Of a stretch of DNA of 58,216 nucleotides, positions 9,203-16,480 are shown piece after piece. Positions within the stretch are counted from its first letter, which is position 1, and every line of letters begins with the position of its first letter. Both the position numbers and the translations under genes were made by a program. The notes beneath the pieces were generated by a model, which ran no database searches, was not told the origin of the DNA, and was given only the letters and a program-made list of their open reading frames with translations. This DNA is from an uncultured Pseudomonadales bacterium (lineage in GTDB: Bacteria; Patescibacteriota; Microgenomatia; UBA1400; PJMF01). The stretch lies in NCBI GenBank assembly GCA_964509285.1, contig CAZDWQ010000002.1, positions 1 through 58,216 of the forward strand, in the 5' to 3' direction.

Positions 9203-10408
9203 ATGAATGAAATTACAATACTAAAACCATTTACTAAGCCTTTCTTAAACCAACTCATTCTCACCCCGAGTTTACTTCCTTTTACAGATGAAGAAATTCT
9301 TAAGCTTGATAGTGATTTGAGTCAATATGAACAGCTATTCTTAGATCCTGATATTGAAAAAAACCTTATTAGCAAGAATGAGTTATTAGCCTCTTTTGCT
9401 ATTTCTAAAGCAGAGAACTCTAGCCTAACGCTCCAAGAGGCACAAGATATATATGCTTTCATTTTAAAAAATGAAGAGTACTCCTTCATAGCAGAAAAGC
9501 TAAAAGCCAAAAAAAAGCTAACCAAAAAAGATTACGAAAAACTTGAGTTTTTCAACATCGCTAAAACTTTCAGAAATTTTCAAGCAGTAAAAATCAATGA
9601 CATCACACCACAGTTTATCCGAGATTTACATCAGCAATTAACACAAGGTTTGGATGTTTTCCAAAACTATTTGCCACACTTTGACATTTACAAATCGGGA
9701 AGTTGGAGAAACAACGATACAATTCGAGTTGGGTCTTACCAACCGGCTCCCTATACTTCTATCCCAGCTGGAGTCACTGAATTATTAAACTGGATAAAAG
9801 AGCACCAAACAATTACTTCTGTTGGTATCTTTCACACAGCACTGTATGCACTTCACCCATTTTGCAACGGAAATAAAAGAGTCTCAAGAATCCTTGAGCA
9901 TATATTGCTTAGATCCTTGAACATTAATACAAAAAATTTATATAGCACTTCTTACTACTACCACAAGGAAAAAACTCGATACTACAAATACCTTCTCTTT
10001 TCTTTAGAGCGAAAGAACTTAAATCATTTTGTCAATTTCTTTCAGGAATCACTTGTGCTCTCAATTCTTGCAGTCATAAAGACCAGTCTTGAAGTAAAAC
10101 GTATGGATTTTCTGGAAAGCAAAGATCTAGATGCTCAAGCAAAGCTTGTTTGTAGACCACTTATCAAAAGACATGAAGTCCAATTTAAAAATCTACTAAA
10201 AAGTATTGGTAACAAAATGGCTCGCCAGACTTTTGTTAACTACCTACAATTAGCTGTAGACCAAGGAGTAGCCATTAGAAGAGAAAGTGGTAAAACTACT
10301 TTTTACAGTTTGAACATATCTCCACAAGAAGAAAGTACGTTTAAAGAAATGCTTACATTTATACAAACAAAACTTTCATTCATTCCTGACGAGATTAAGT
10401 TAGCGTAA
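9203..10408 (+). CDS. Fic/DOC-family protein with non-canonical active-site motif and C-terminal winged-helix-like region
   Basis: The motif HPFCNGNKRVSR sits at the expected position, compared with the canonical HPFx(D/E)GNGRxxR. 401 aa. Confidence 0.75.
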   Translation: MNEITILKPFTKPFLNQLILTPSLLPFTDEEILKLDSDLSQYEQLFLDPDIEKNLISKNELLASFAISKAENSSLTLQEAQDIYAFILKNEEYSFIAEKLKAKKKLTKKDYEKLEFFNIAKTFRNFQAVKINDITPQFIRDLHQQLTQGLDVFQNYLPHFDIYKSGSWRNNDTIRVGSYQPAPYTSIPAGVTELLNWIKEHQTITSVGIFHTALYALHPFCNGNKRVSRILEHILLRSLNINTKNLYSTSYYYHKEKTRYYKYLLFSLERKNLNHFVNFFQESLVLSILAVIKTSLEVKRMDFLESKDLDAQAKLVCRPLIKRHEVQFKNLLKSIGNKMARQTFVNYLQLAVDQGVAIRRESGKTTFYSLNISPQEESTFKEMLTFIQTKLSFIPDEIKLA

Positions 10409-10422
10409 TGGCACTTCTCAAG

Positions 10423-10456
10423 CAACCATCTGTATTTGTATAAATTCAGATGGTTG
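10423..10456. other. perfect 10-bp inverted repeat (CAACCATCTG-N14-CAGATGGTTG) between convergent fic and DGR target genes
   Basis: Read directly from the sequence. There is no flanking T-run, so it is not a canonical intrinsic terminator. Confidence 0.5.
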
Positions 10457-10508
10457 AGTAGCAGATATTTGGATGACTTTGTCAATGCCAAAAAAAATCG
10501 TAGCGCGA

Positions 10509-10528
10509 GTCTTGCCTATCGGCAAGAC
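10509..10528 (-). terminator. candidate terminator hairpin downstream of the DGR target gene
   Basis: GTCTTGCC-tatc-GGCAAGAC forms a perfect 8-bp stem. On the minus strand a T8 run (10491-10498) follows after about 10 nt, which is non-ideal spacing. Confidence 0.35.
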
Positions 10529-10632
10529 ACCAAATGAACCAAATCAAATATTGATAGTCAACATAAGTATTACTATAGGAGAAACTATGACTTATTTAAA
10601 CACTTATTTGTATAATATCAAAAGAGATCAAA

Positions 10633-10650
10633 CACTGTCTAACGACAGTG
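10633..10650 (-). promoter_or_regulatory. VR-proximal hairpin (7-bp stem, 4-nt loop), candidate DGR target-recognition structure
   Basis: The coding strand reads CACTGTC-GTTA-GACAGTG, beginning 7 nt beyond the 3' end of TR/VR homology. No counterpart follows the TR. Confidence 0.6.
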
Positions 10651-10657
10651 AAAAAGG

Positions 10658-10795
10658 CCTTGCGCTAACGTACACACCTAAACGAGTTAGTAGTCGTCTT
10701 GGTAATGGTGCTCGTGGCACCAGTACTCAAGTAAGTGTACCAGGCGTTAAGAGTATACGTGGTGTTAGTAGTGCTCGACCAGTAATTGGCCGCAG
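10658..10795 (-). repeat. DGR variable repeat (VR), covering the last 43 codons, the stop and 7 nt of 3' flank of the target gene
   Basis: See the TR feature. VR encodes ...AANYWSSTTNTTYTLNAWYTYLSTGATSTITKTTTNSFRCVR*. TR would encode ...NTHNAWYTNLSNGNTNNNTKTNNNSFRCVR*. Confidence 0.92.
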
Positions 10796-11507
10796 AGTTA
10801 CTTAAAGCGGACGCTCCACCATCTATGTATGCCATCATATTCTCTTTTTGGTATGGAAGTCGCCAGTTACCATCGCCCTGTGCTTCACAGCCCGTTTTGG
10901 ACTCTGTTAATTTGGTACAAATACAACCTGGGTTACCATTGGCAGTACATGCATTAGGACCTAAGGGAGCTACTCCATTGCTTGGTTGCAAACAGTTATT
11001 AGCAGTAAACCAATTAGCACTCGCACTTATACGTGTAGACCAAATCAAACCAGTATTTTCGTCTTGTTTCTCAGCAAGTGAGTCTGCAGTGTCACAGTAG
11101 TTATTACCTACATTACAAGTAGTCCAGTCAGCAGTGTAGCTACCTGCAACATAGGTAGTATCATCATGAATGCCACCTTTGTTTTGTGGGAAGTCAGTGT
11201 TGCCACCATTGTATAATCCATTGGCTTTTGCATCATTGAATGTACCTTGAGCTGCAGAGCTAATTCTATTCCAATATGCTCCCCAATCAGCAATGGCTCC
11301 GTTGGCTGGATCTCCATAACTGAGTGCTTCAAGACTATCTGCAAGTTGTTTCAGGCGGGAATCAGCACCCGCTACCGGAGAACCACCAGACTGTTCAGCC
11401 CGAATGGTGGTGATGGTTTTGGTAATGGCAAATGTTGCCAGACCTATGAAGATGACGGAAAATATTAGTAGTGATTTTAATCTGTTTTTTGTTGTTTTTT
11501 GTGTCAT
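10665..11507 (-). CDS. DGR target protein: membrane-anchored/secreted, DUF1566 (Lcl C-terminal)-like C-type-lectin-fold domain
   Basis: 280 aa with an N-terminal hydrophobic anchor (LLIFSVIFIGLATFAI). The C-terminal pattern is ...GNWRLPYQKENMMAYI...YWSST...FRCVR. The VR sits at the extreme C-terminus. Confidence 0.85.
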   Translation of the reverse strand: MTQKTTKNRLKSLLIFSVIFIGLATFAITKTITTIRAEQSGGSPVAGADSRLKQLADSLEALSYGDPANGAIADWGAYWNRISSAAQGTFNDAKANGLYNGGNTDFPQNKGGIHDDTTYVAGSYTADWTTCNVGNNYCDTADSLAEKQDENTGLIWSTRISASANWFTANNCLQPSNGVAPLGPNACTANGNPGCICTKLTESKTGCEAQGDGNWRLPYQKENMMAYIDGGASALSNSAANYWSSTTNTTYTLNAWYTYLSTGATSTITKTTTNSFRCVR

Positions 11508-11798
11508 TGCTGTTTTAACTTTGTTTATTGTGTTAGTGATTTATTTTACTAATGTGAGAACATATAGCTAATAGAATATACTGGTAGTCGAGTTAATGTT
11601 TTGAAATAGTTTCAATATTTTTGAGCCACCACACACCAATTACCTACATTTATAGTGACGGATTTACTTGGTATTTGTCAAGTGTAGTTTTAGTTTTATT
11701 GGGTTGTTTTTGGCTGTTATGATTTTCGTCATTGCAGTTAGCTTGAAGATCATCTAGCCAGTAATAATCAATCACAATTGTTATTAGTTTTTTCTCTC

Positions 11799-11826
11799 TT
11801 GATATACCCCAGACTACTGATATAAT
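11799..11826 (+). promoter_or_regulatory. sigma70-like promoter TTGATA-N16-TATAAT upstream of the T4SS cluster
   Basis: The hexamers lie at 11799-11804 and 11821-11826. Confidence 0.4.
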
Positions 11827-11865
11827 TTGATACAATTTAAATCAAAAGTAAATTGTTATAACAAG

Positions 11866-11895
11866 AGCTGCCCTACTAGTGAGGTAGCTTTTTTT
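11866..11895 (+). terminator. hairpin plus T-run between the promoter and the virB2-like gene (attenuator or small-RNA terminator candidate)
   Basis: AGCTGCC-N10-GGTAGCT (one G:U pair) is followed by TTTTTTT and ends 29 nt before ATG 11924. Confidence 0.4.
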
Positions 11896-11923
11896 GTAAC
11901 AACTCATAGTGAAAGGGTTGTAT

Positions 11924-12256
11924 ATGAAAAAGCTAGTATTCTTCCAAAGCTTGGTGCTTACTTCATTGGTCGTTGCCTCACCAGCATTTGCTCAATCTAC
12001 AGAAGTTGGTCAGATCCAGTCTTTCATTCAAAGTGTTATTCAAGTTATGGTCACGCTTTCTGGTTTTATTGCAGCTGGTTTCATAGTCTGGGGTGGCGTT
12101 GGCTACATTACTAGTTCTGGAAACCCAGAAGCGCTGGATAAATCAAAGAAGACTATTCTGTATTCTGCTATTGGTCTTACTTTAGTTTTAGGAGCATTTG
12201 TTATTTCAAATATTGTCAGCCAATTAGCAACAACCGCCTTTGGGGCAGGTATGTAA
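11924..12256 (+). CDS. TrbC/VirB2-like T4SS pilin
   Basis: About 110 aa. It has a signal peptide ending AFAQS and two hydrophobic helices separated by YITSSGNPEALDKSKKT. An RBS (GAAAGGG) precedes ATG 11924. Confidence 0.7.
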   Translation: MKKLVFFQSLVLTSLVVASPAFAQSTEVGQIQSFIQSVIQVMVTLSGFIAAGFIVWGGVGYITSSGNPEALDKSKKTILYSAIGLTLVLGAFVISNIVSQLATTAFGAGM

Positions 12257-12276
12257 TAAAAGGAAGATACGTAAAA

Positions 12277-13575
12277 ATGAGCAGGTTACTTGCAACTACA
12301 TTTACAACAACACTTTTCTTGCTTTTTTCTAGTTCTCCTGTTTTTGCTCAAAGCACCAATCCTGATCTTCTTAACTTTACCAAAGATACACTCCAAATAA
12401 TAACCTTAATCGCGACCGCACTAGCGGTCTTTTTTTTAGTCTTTGCCGGATATACTTATATAACCTCAGCAGGCAAACCAGAAGCACTGGAGTCTGCCAA
12501 GAAAACTATCAAAAATACTCTTATTGGTCTTACTCTTGTTTTGGCCGCTAATGTGGTAACTTCTGTATTTCAGCATGCTCTCAATTCTCAAACTTCTCTT
12601 GGAAGTAGTTCGGCAGTTGACGTAATGAATCTTCAGACGGTTGAGCCCAGTGATGGTTTAACTCAAGTTTTAATTGATGCAGTAGCTGGATTTATTCAAA
12701 ATATTGTAGAAAGCTCAACTGCGCCGATTGTAAATGGGGTACTTGGTTACTTAACTACCACGCCAACACTTTTAGGTAATGAGGTGATACGCAACTTTTG
12801 GTTTATTACTGTTGGTATAGTGGATGGTCTGTTTATCTTGGTAGTTGCCCTGATGGGGTTACAAGTTATGAGTGCCAGCACTTTTGGATTTGAGGAAGTT
12901 GAGATAAAACATCTTTTGCCTAAACTCGGACTTACATTCTTACTAGCAAATATTTCACTCTTTTTAGCAGATTACGCTATTATCACCTGTAATACTTTAG
13001 TCAAAGTTATTCTTGATTCAACTGGAGGGCTTAATCACACATGGATTGAAAATGCTTTTAATCCAACTGCTGTCATTACTGGAACAACACCACTAATTAT
13101 CCTTATTTTTATGGTTTTGTTTTTGATTGTCTCGATTGTATTACTATTGATGTACATTAGTCGCCTCATTTTTATTTCCCTAGGAGCTGTTTTGTCTCCA
13201 TTTATCTTTTTACTCTCTGCCTTGCCAAAATTTTCTGATTTTGCCTTTATTGCTATGAAAACCTACTTAGTAAGTGTTTTTGTTGTGTTTGTGCATGTAA
13301 TTATTATTCAACTGGCAAGTGCTTTTTTAACTCTGCCTGAGCACAATGAAAACTCACTAATTTCTATTGCCATTGGCATTGGATTATTTATTACATTGCT
13401 CAAGACCCCAAACTTAATGATGCAGATGGTCTTGTATACCTCAAATTCTGGATCTATGAGAAAACTTGGAAATCAAATTATTAATGTTATGACGACAGAC
13501 AATGCATCTGCAGGCAGTAGAATCAGTGCAAAAAATGCAGCTGTAAAAGTAACTGAAAAGGCAATCAAAGTATGA
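12277..13575 (+). CDS. T4SS membrane protein: VirB2-like N-terminal module fused to a VirB6/TrbL-like polytopic domain
   Basis: The N-terminal ~100 aa are paralogous to the preceding pilin (AQST..., YITSAGKPEALESAKKTI..IGLTLVL). These are followed by about 6 further TM segments. Confidence 0.55.
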   Translation: MSRLLATTFTTTLFLLFSSSPVFAQSTNPDLLNFTKDTLQIITLIATALAVFFLVFAGYTYITSAGKPEALESAKKTIKNTLIGLTLVLAANVVTSVFQHALNSQTSLGSSSAVDVMNLQTVEPSDGLTQVLIDAVAGFIQNIVESSTAPIVNGVLGYLTTTPTLLGNEVIRNFWFITVGIVDGLFILVVALMGLQVMSASTFGFEEVEIKHLLPKLGLTFLLANISLFLADYAIITCNTLVKVILDSTGGLNHTWIENAFNPTAVITGTTPLIILIFMVLFLIVSIVLLLMYISRLIFISLGAVLSPFIFLLSALPKFSDFAFIAMKTYLVSVFVVFVHVIIIQLASAFLTLPEHNENSLISIAIGIGLFITLLKTPNLMMQMVLYTSNSGSMRKLGNQIINVMTTDNASAGSRISAKNAAVKVTEKAIKV

Positions 13576-14081
13576 GAAGTCAAGTAATTCCCGCTCAAAT
13601 AACCACAGTGGAAGATAAAATTGCAGGTGATTTTAGTATGACGCAAATTATGCTGTTATTATTACCTGTCTTAATTACCTCGGCAATTTATGCATTCATG
13701 CCACCAAGCATGACACTGGTTATTTATAAGTTAGTACTGGCAAGTGTGCTTGCAATCTTTTGTATTACTCTAGCTGTGCGAGTAAAAGGTAGACTTGTTG
13801 CAAATTGGCTTTTAGTGTTTGCTCGATACAACCTACGCCCTAAGTTTTATATTTACAACAAAAACACGACGCTTTACAGAGAAGTGATTAAGCCAGAAAT
13901 AGTGTTGAATGCTGTGCAAAAAACAGCACGCCAAAAGAAAAAAACCAAACTAATCAGTACTCCTAATATTCGTGACATTCTGCAACTCAATCATATTTTA
14001 GACACCACCGATTTTAACTTCATCTACAAAACAGGCAAGAAAGGAGGGCTGAATGTGGCTTTTGAAAAAGTCTCTAGATAA
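13572..14081 (+). CDS. PrgI/VirB3-like small T4SS membrane protein
   Basis: The N-terminus QVIPAQITTVEDKIAGDFSMTQIMLLLLP plus two TM helices match the PrgI-family pattern. The gene sits immediately upstream of VirB4 and overlaps its neighbour by 4 nt. Confidence 0.6.
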   Translation: MRSQVIPAQITTVEDKIAGDFSMTQIMLLLLPVLITSAIYAFMPPSMTLVIYKLVLASVLAIFCITLAVRVKGRLVANWLLVFARYNLRPKFYIYNKNTTLYREVIKPEIVLNAVQKTARQKKKTKLISTPNIRDILQLNHILDTTDFNFIYKTGKKGGLNVAFEKVSR

Positions 14082-14673
14082 GGTTAGTTCTAGAAACCAA
14101 ATTGCAATCAAAGAAGTGCGTGATGGTATTTTAGTTTTACCTAATAATGAACATCGTTTAATTATCGAAACTTCCCCTGTAAACTTTGAACTTAAAAGTG
14201 AGGCCGAACAAGATGTGTTGATTGATAGTTTTCAGAATTTTTTGAATTCTCTACCAACGCAGTTGCAGATTTTAATTCGTATCCGCGAAGTAGATATTGA
14301 TCAATACATCGACTCAATTGAGTTGCTCAAGACGACAGAAACAGATGATCAATATTTAGAGCATATTGATGACTACACTCAGTTTATTCGCCAGCTTGTA
14401 TCTGGAAATAAAATTTTATCTCGCAAGTTCTACATTGTGCTTCCATATAAGCCAGAAAATTCCAACAACGCATTTGATCTTGCAAAAACACAACTGAATC
14501 TCACCCAAGATATGGTAATTAAGGCGCTTGAAAAACTAGGTATGAAAGCTCGAACTTTAAATAGCTTGGAAGTCTTGCAACTTTTTTATAGTTTCTACAA
14601 TAAAAACCAACTTAAAACTCAAGAATTATCTAGTGCAACAATGAAAGCAGTCTTGGAGCATAACTATGTTTAA
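14053..14673 (+). CDS. VirB4-family ATPase, N-terminal domain encoded as a separate ORF
   Basis: IKEVRDGILVLPNNEHRLIIETSPVNFELKSEAEQDVLIDSFQNFLNSLPTQLQILIRIREVDI matches the N-terminal domain of Gram-positive VirB4/TraE/PrgJ proteins. An 8-nt overlap (ATGTTTAA) links it to the next ORF. Confidence 0.7.
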   Translation: MWLLKKSLDKVSSRNQIAIKEVRDGILVLPNNEHRLIIETSPVNFELKSEAEQDVLIDSFQNFLNSLPTQLQILIRIREVDIDQYIDSIELLKTTETDDQYLEHIDDYTQFIRQLVSGNKILSRKFYIVLPYKPENSNNAFDLAKTQLNLTQDMVIKALEKLGMKARTLNSLEVLQLFYSFYNKNQLKTQELSSATMKAVLEHNYV

Positions 14674-16480
14674 TCTTGTGCAATCAAACTATCAAATTAT
14701 AAAAAAATGGAATTCTAAAAAGATGCGTAAATTCCGTGCTGGTCAGGAAAAGAAGCGTCGAGAACGGTTGTCCCTACAGTTTAGTTTTGGTGAGCAAGAT
14801 CAAGTTGATCTGATTTCATATTCTGGATTGATGGAAGAATCAACCTATGTGCAGATTGGCGACACCTTTGTACGAACACTGTTTATTTCTGGCTATCCAT
14901 ATGTAGCTAATGTAGGTTGGTTAAATATGCTTATAAATTTTAACCATGACTTGGATATTTCATATCATATTGAACAAGTAGATCCTTTAATGGCTCTGCC
15001 AAAACTTAATCGCAAAATAACTGAGCTTGAATCAACCAAACGAAGCATGCTTAAAGCCGGAAAAGTGATTGGTTCTGAAATTACTGATCCGCTTGAGTCT
15101 GCCATGGAACTGAAAGACAAAATCCAAAGAGGGCAAGAAAAACTCTTTCAGATATCTATTTATATGACTTTGAGTGCAAGTAGTTTGGAAGAGTTAAATA
15201 AAACTACTCAGGTGTTAGAGACAATCATGGCCTCCAGAATGTTTTATATTAAAACTGCCACCTTTCAGCAATTAGAAGGTCTACAATCTGTTTTACCAAG
15301 GGGTGAAAACCAACTCGCACAAAAAAGAAACTTGGATAGTTCGAGTGCCGCACTTACTTTTCCGTTTGTTTCATCTGAGCTAGTGCAAGAATCTGGTATT
15401 TTGTATGGAATTAATAAGTCAAATAACTCGCTGGTCATTGTGGATCGGTTTTCTTTGAATAATGCTAACTCAATTATTTTTGCTCAATCTGGAAGTGGTA
15501 AAAGCTACACTGCTAAGGTCGAAATCTTGCGTCAACTCATGCAACAAACCAAAGTGATTGTTATTGACCCAGAGCGGGAATATAAACAACTTGCTAAATC
15601 TATTGGTGGCACATATATTCGTTTGTCTGCAACTTCTAAAGAGAAAATTAATCCTTTTGATTTTTCGCTTAAATCTGTGACTGGTGAAAATGGACTGGCT
15701 GAACACATTCAAGATCTAACTGAGATTATTTCATTGATGGCAGGTTCACTCTCTGATGAAGAACGTGCAGTGGTAGATAAAGCATTGATTAAAACTTACA
15801 AGCAGTTTGGTATTAGTATGAGAAAACAAAAGTATGAAGAAAAAGTAAAGTTCCCACTTCTCAAAGATTTTTATAAAGTGCTCAAGACCATGAAACAAAA
15901 AGAATTGTGTCACAGGTTAGATAAGTTTGTGAGTGGTTCACTTTCTAGCGTATTTACCGCACAAACTAATGTAGATCTATCTAACAGACTGGTTGTTTTT
16001 GATATTAAAGATCTTGATGAGTCATTGCGCCAGATAATGATTCTCACAACTGCCAATTTTGTTCACTCACAGGTGAAAAGTGATCCACAAAAAAGAATTT
16101 TAGTCATAGATGAGGCTTGGTTGCTATTACAACATGAAGAAAGCGCTCGATTCCTAGCAGGTCTTGTAAGGCGTGCCCGCAAACATTACTTAGGAGTGAC
16201 TTTAATTTCTCAACAAGCTAATGACTTTTTGAATCAAGAATACGGCAGAGTTATTGCCTCACAATCATCTTTGAGAATTCTGATGAAACAGGATACAACC
16301 TCAATTAAAAAAGTAGTGCAAGAATTTAACTTGAGTGAGTATGAGCAACAATTTTTACTGACTTGTGATCGAGGCGAAGCCTTAATTATTGCTGATCAAA
16401 ACCATGTTGCCGTTAAAATTGTTGCTTCAGAAAAAGAACACCCAATGTTAACCACTGATCCGAAAGATTTATATCTATAG
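14666..16480 (+). CDS. virB4: VirB4-family T4SS ATPase (central and C-terminal ATPase domains)
   Basis: Walker A FAQSGSGKSYT and Walker B RILVIDEAWLLL are present, plus YLGVTLISQQ. The context is T4SS genes. Confidence 0.9.
   Translation: MFNLVQSNYQIIKKWNSKKMRKFRAGQEKKRRERLSLQFSFGEQDQVDLISYSGLMEESTYVQIGDTFVRTLFISGYPYVANVGWLNMLINFNHDLDISYHIEQVDPLMALPKLNRKITELESTKRSMLKAGKVIGSEITDPLESAMELKDKIQRGQEKLFQISIYMTLSASSLEELNKTTQVLETIMASRMFYIKTATFQQLEGLQSVLPRGENQLAQKRNLDSSSAALTFPFVSSELVQESGILYGINKSNNSLVIVDRFSLNNANSIIFAQSGSGKSYTAKVEILRQLMQQTKVIVIDPEREYKQLAKSIGGTYIRLSATSKEKINPFDFSLKSVTGENGLAEHIQDLTEIISLMAGSLSDEERAVVDKALIKTYKQFGISMRKQKYEEKVKFPLLKDFYKVLKTMKQKELCHRLDKFVSGSLSSVFTAQTNVDLSNRLVVFDIKDLDESLRQIMILTTANFVHSQVKSDPQKRILVIDEAWLLLQHEESARFLAGLVRRARKHYLGVTLISQQANDFLNQEYGRVIASQSSLRILMKQDTTSIKKVVQEFNLSEYEQQFLLTCDRGEALIIADQNHVAVKIVASEKEHPMLTTDPKDLYL

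Larger units (their letters stand above)
7464..11507. mobile_element. diversity-generating retroelement (DGR) cassette: TR, avd, RT, intervening fic gene, target gene with VR
   Basis: See the component features. The TR/VR pair shows adenine-only mismatches, alongside an Avd-like gene and a DGR-type RT. Confidence 0.9.

Noticed and set aside
10473-10805. 110-aa plus-strand ORF overlapping the VR region
   Set aside because: It is antisense to the well-supported DGR target gene and runs through non-coding hairpins. It has no RBS or motif and is a by-product of the open antisense frame.
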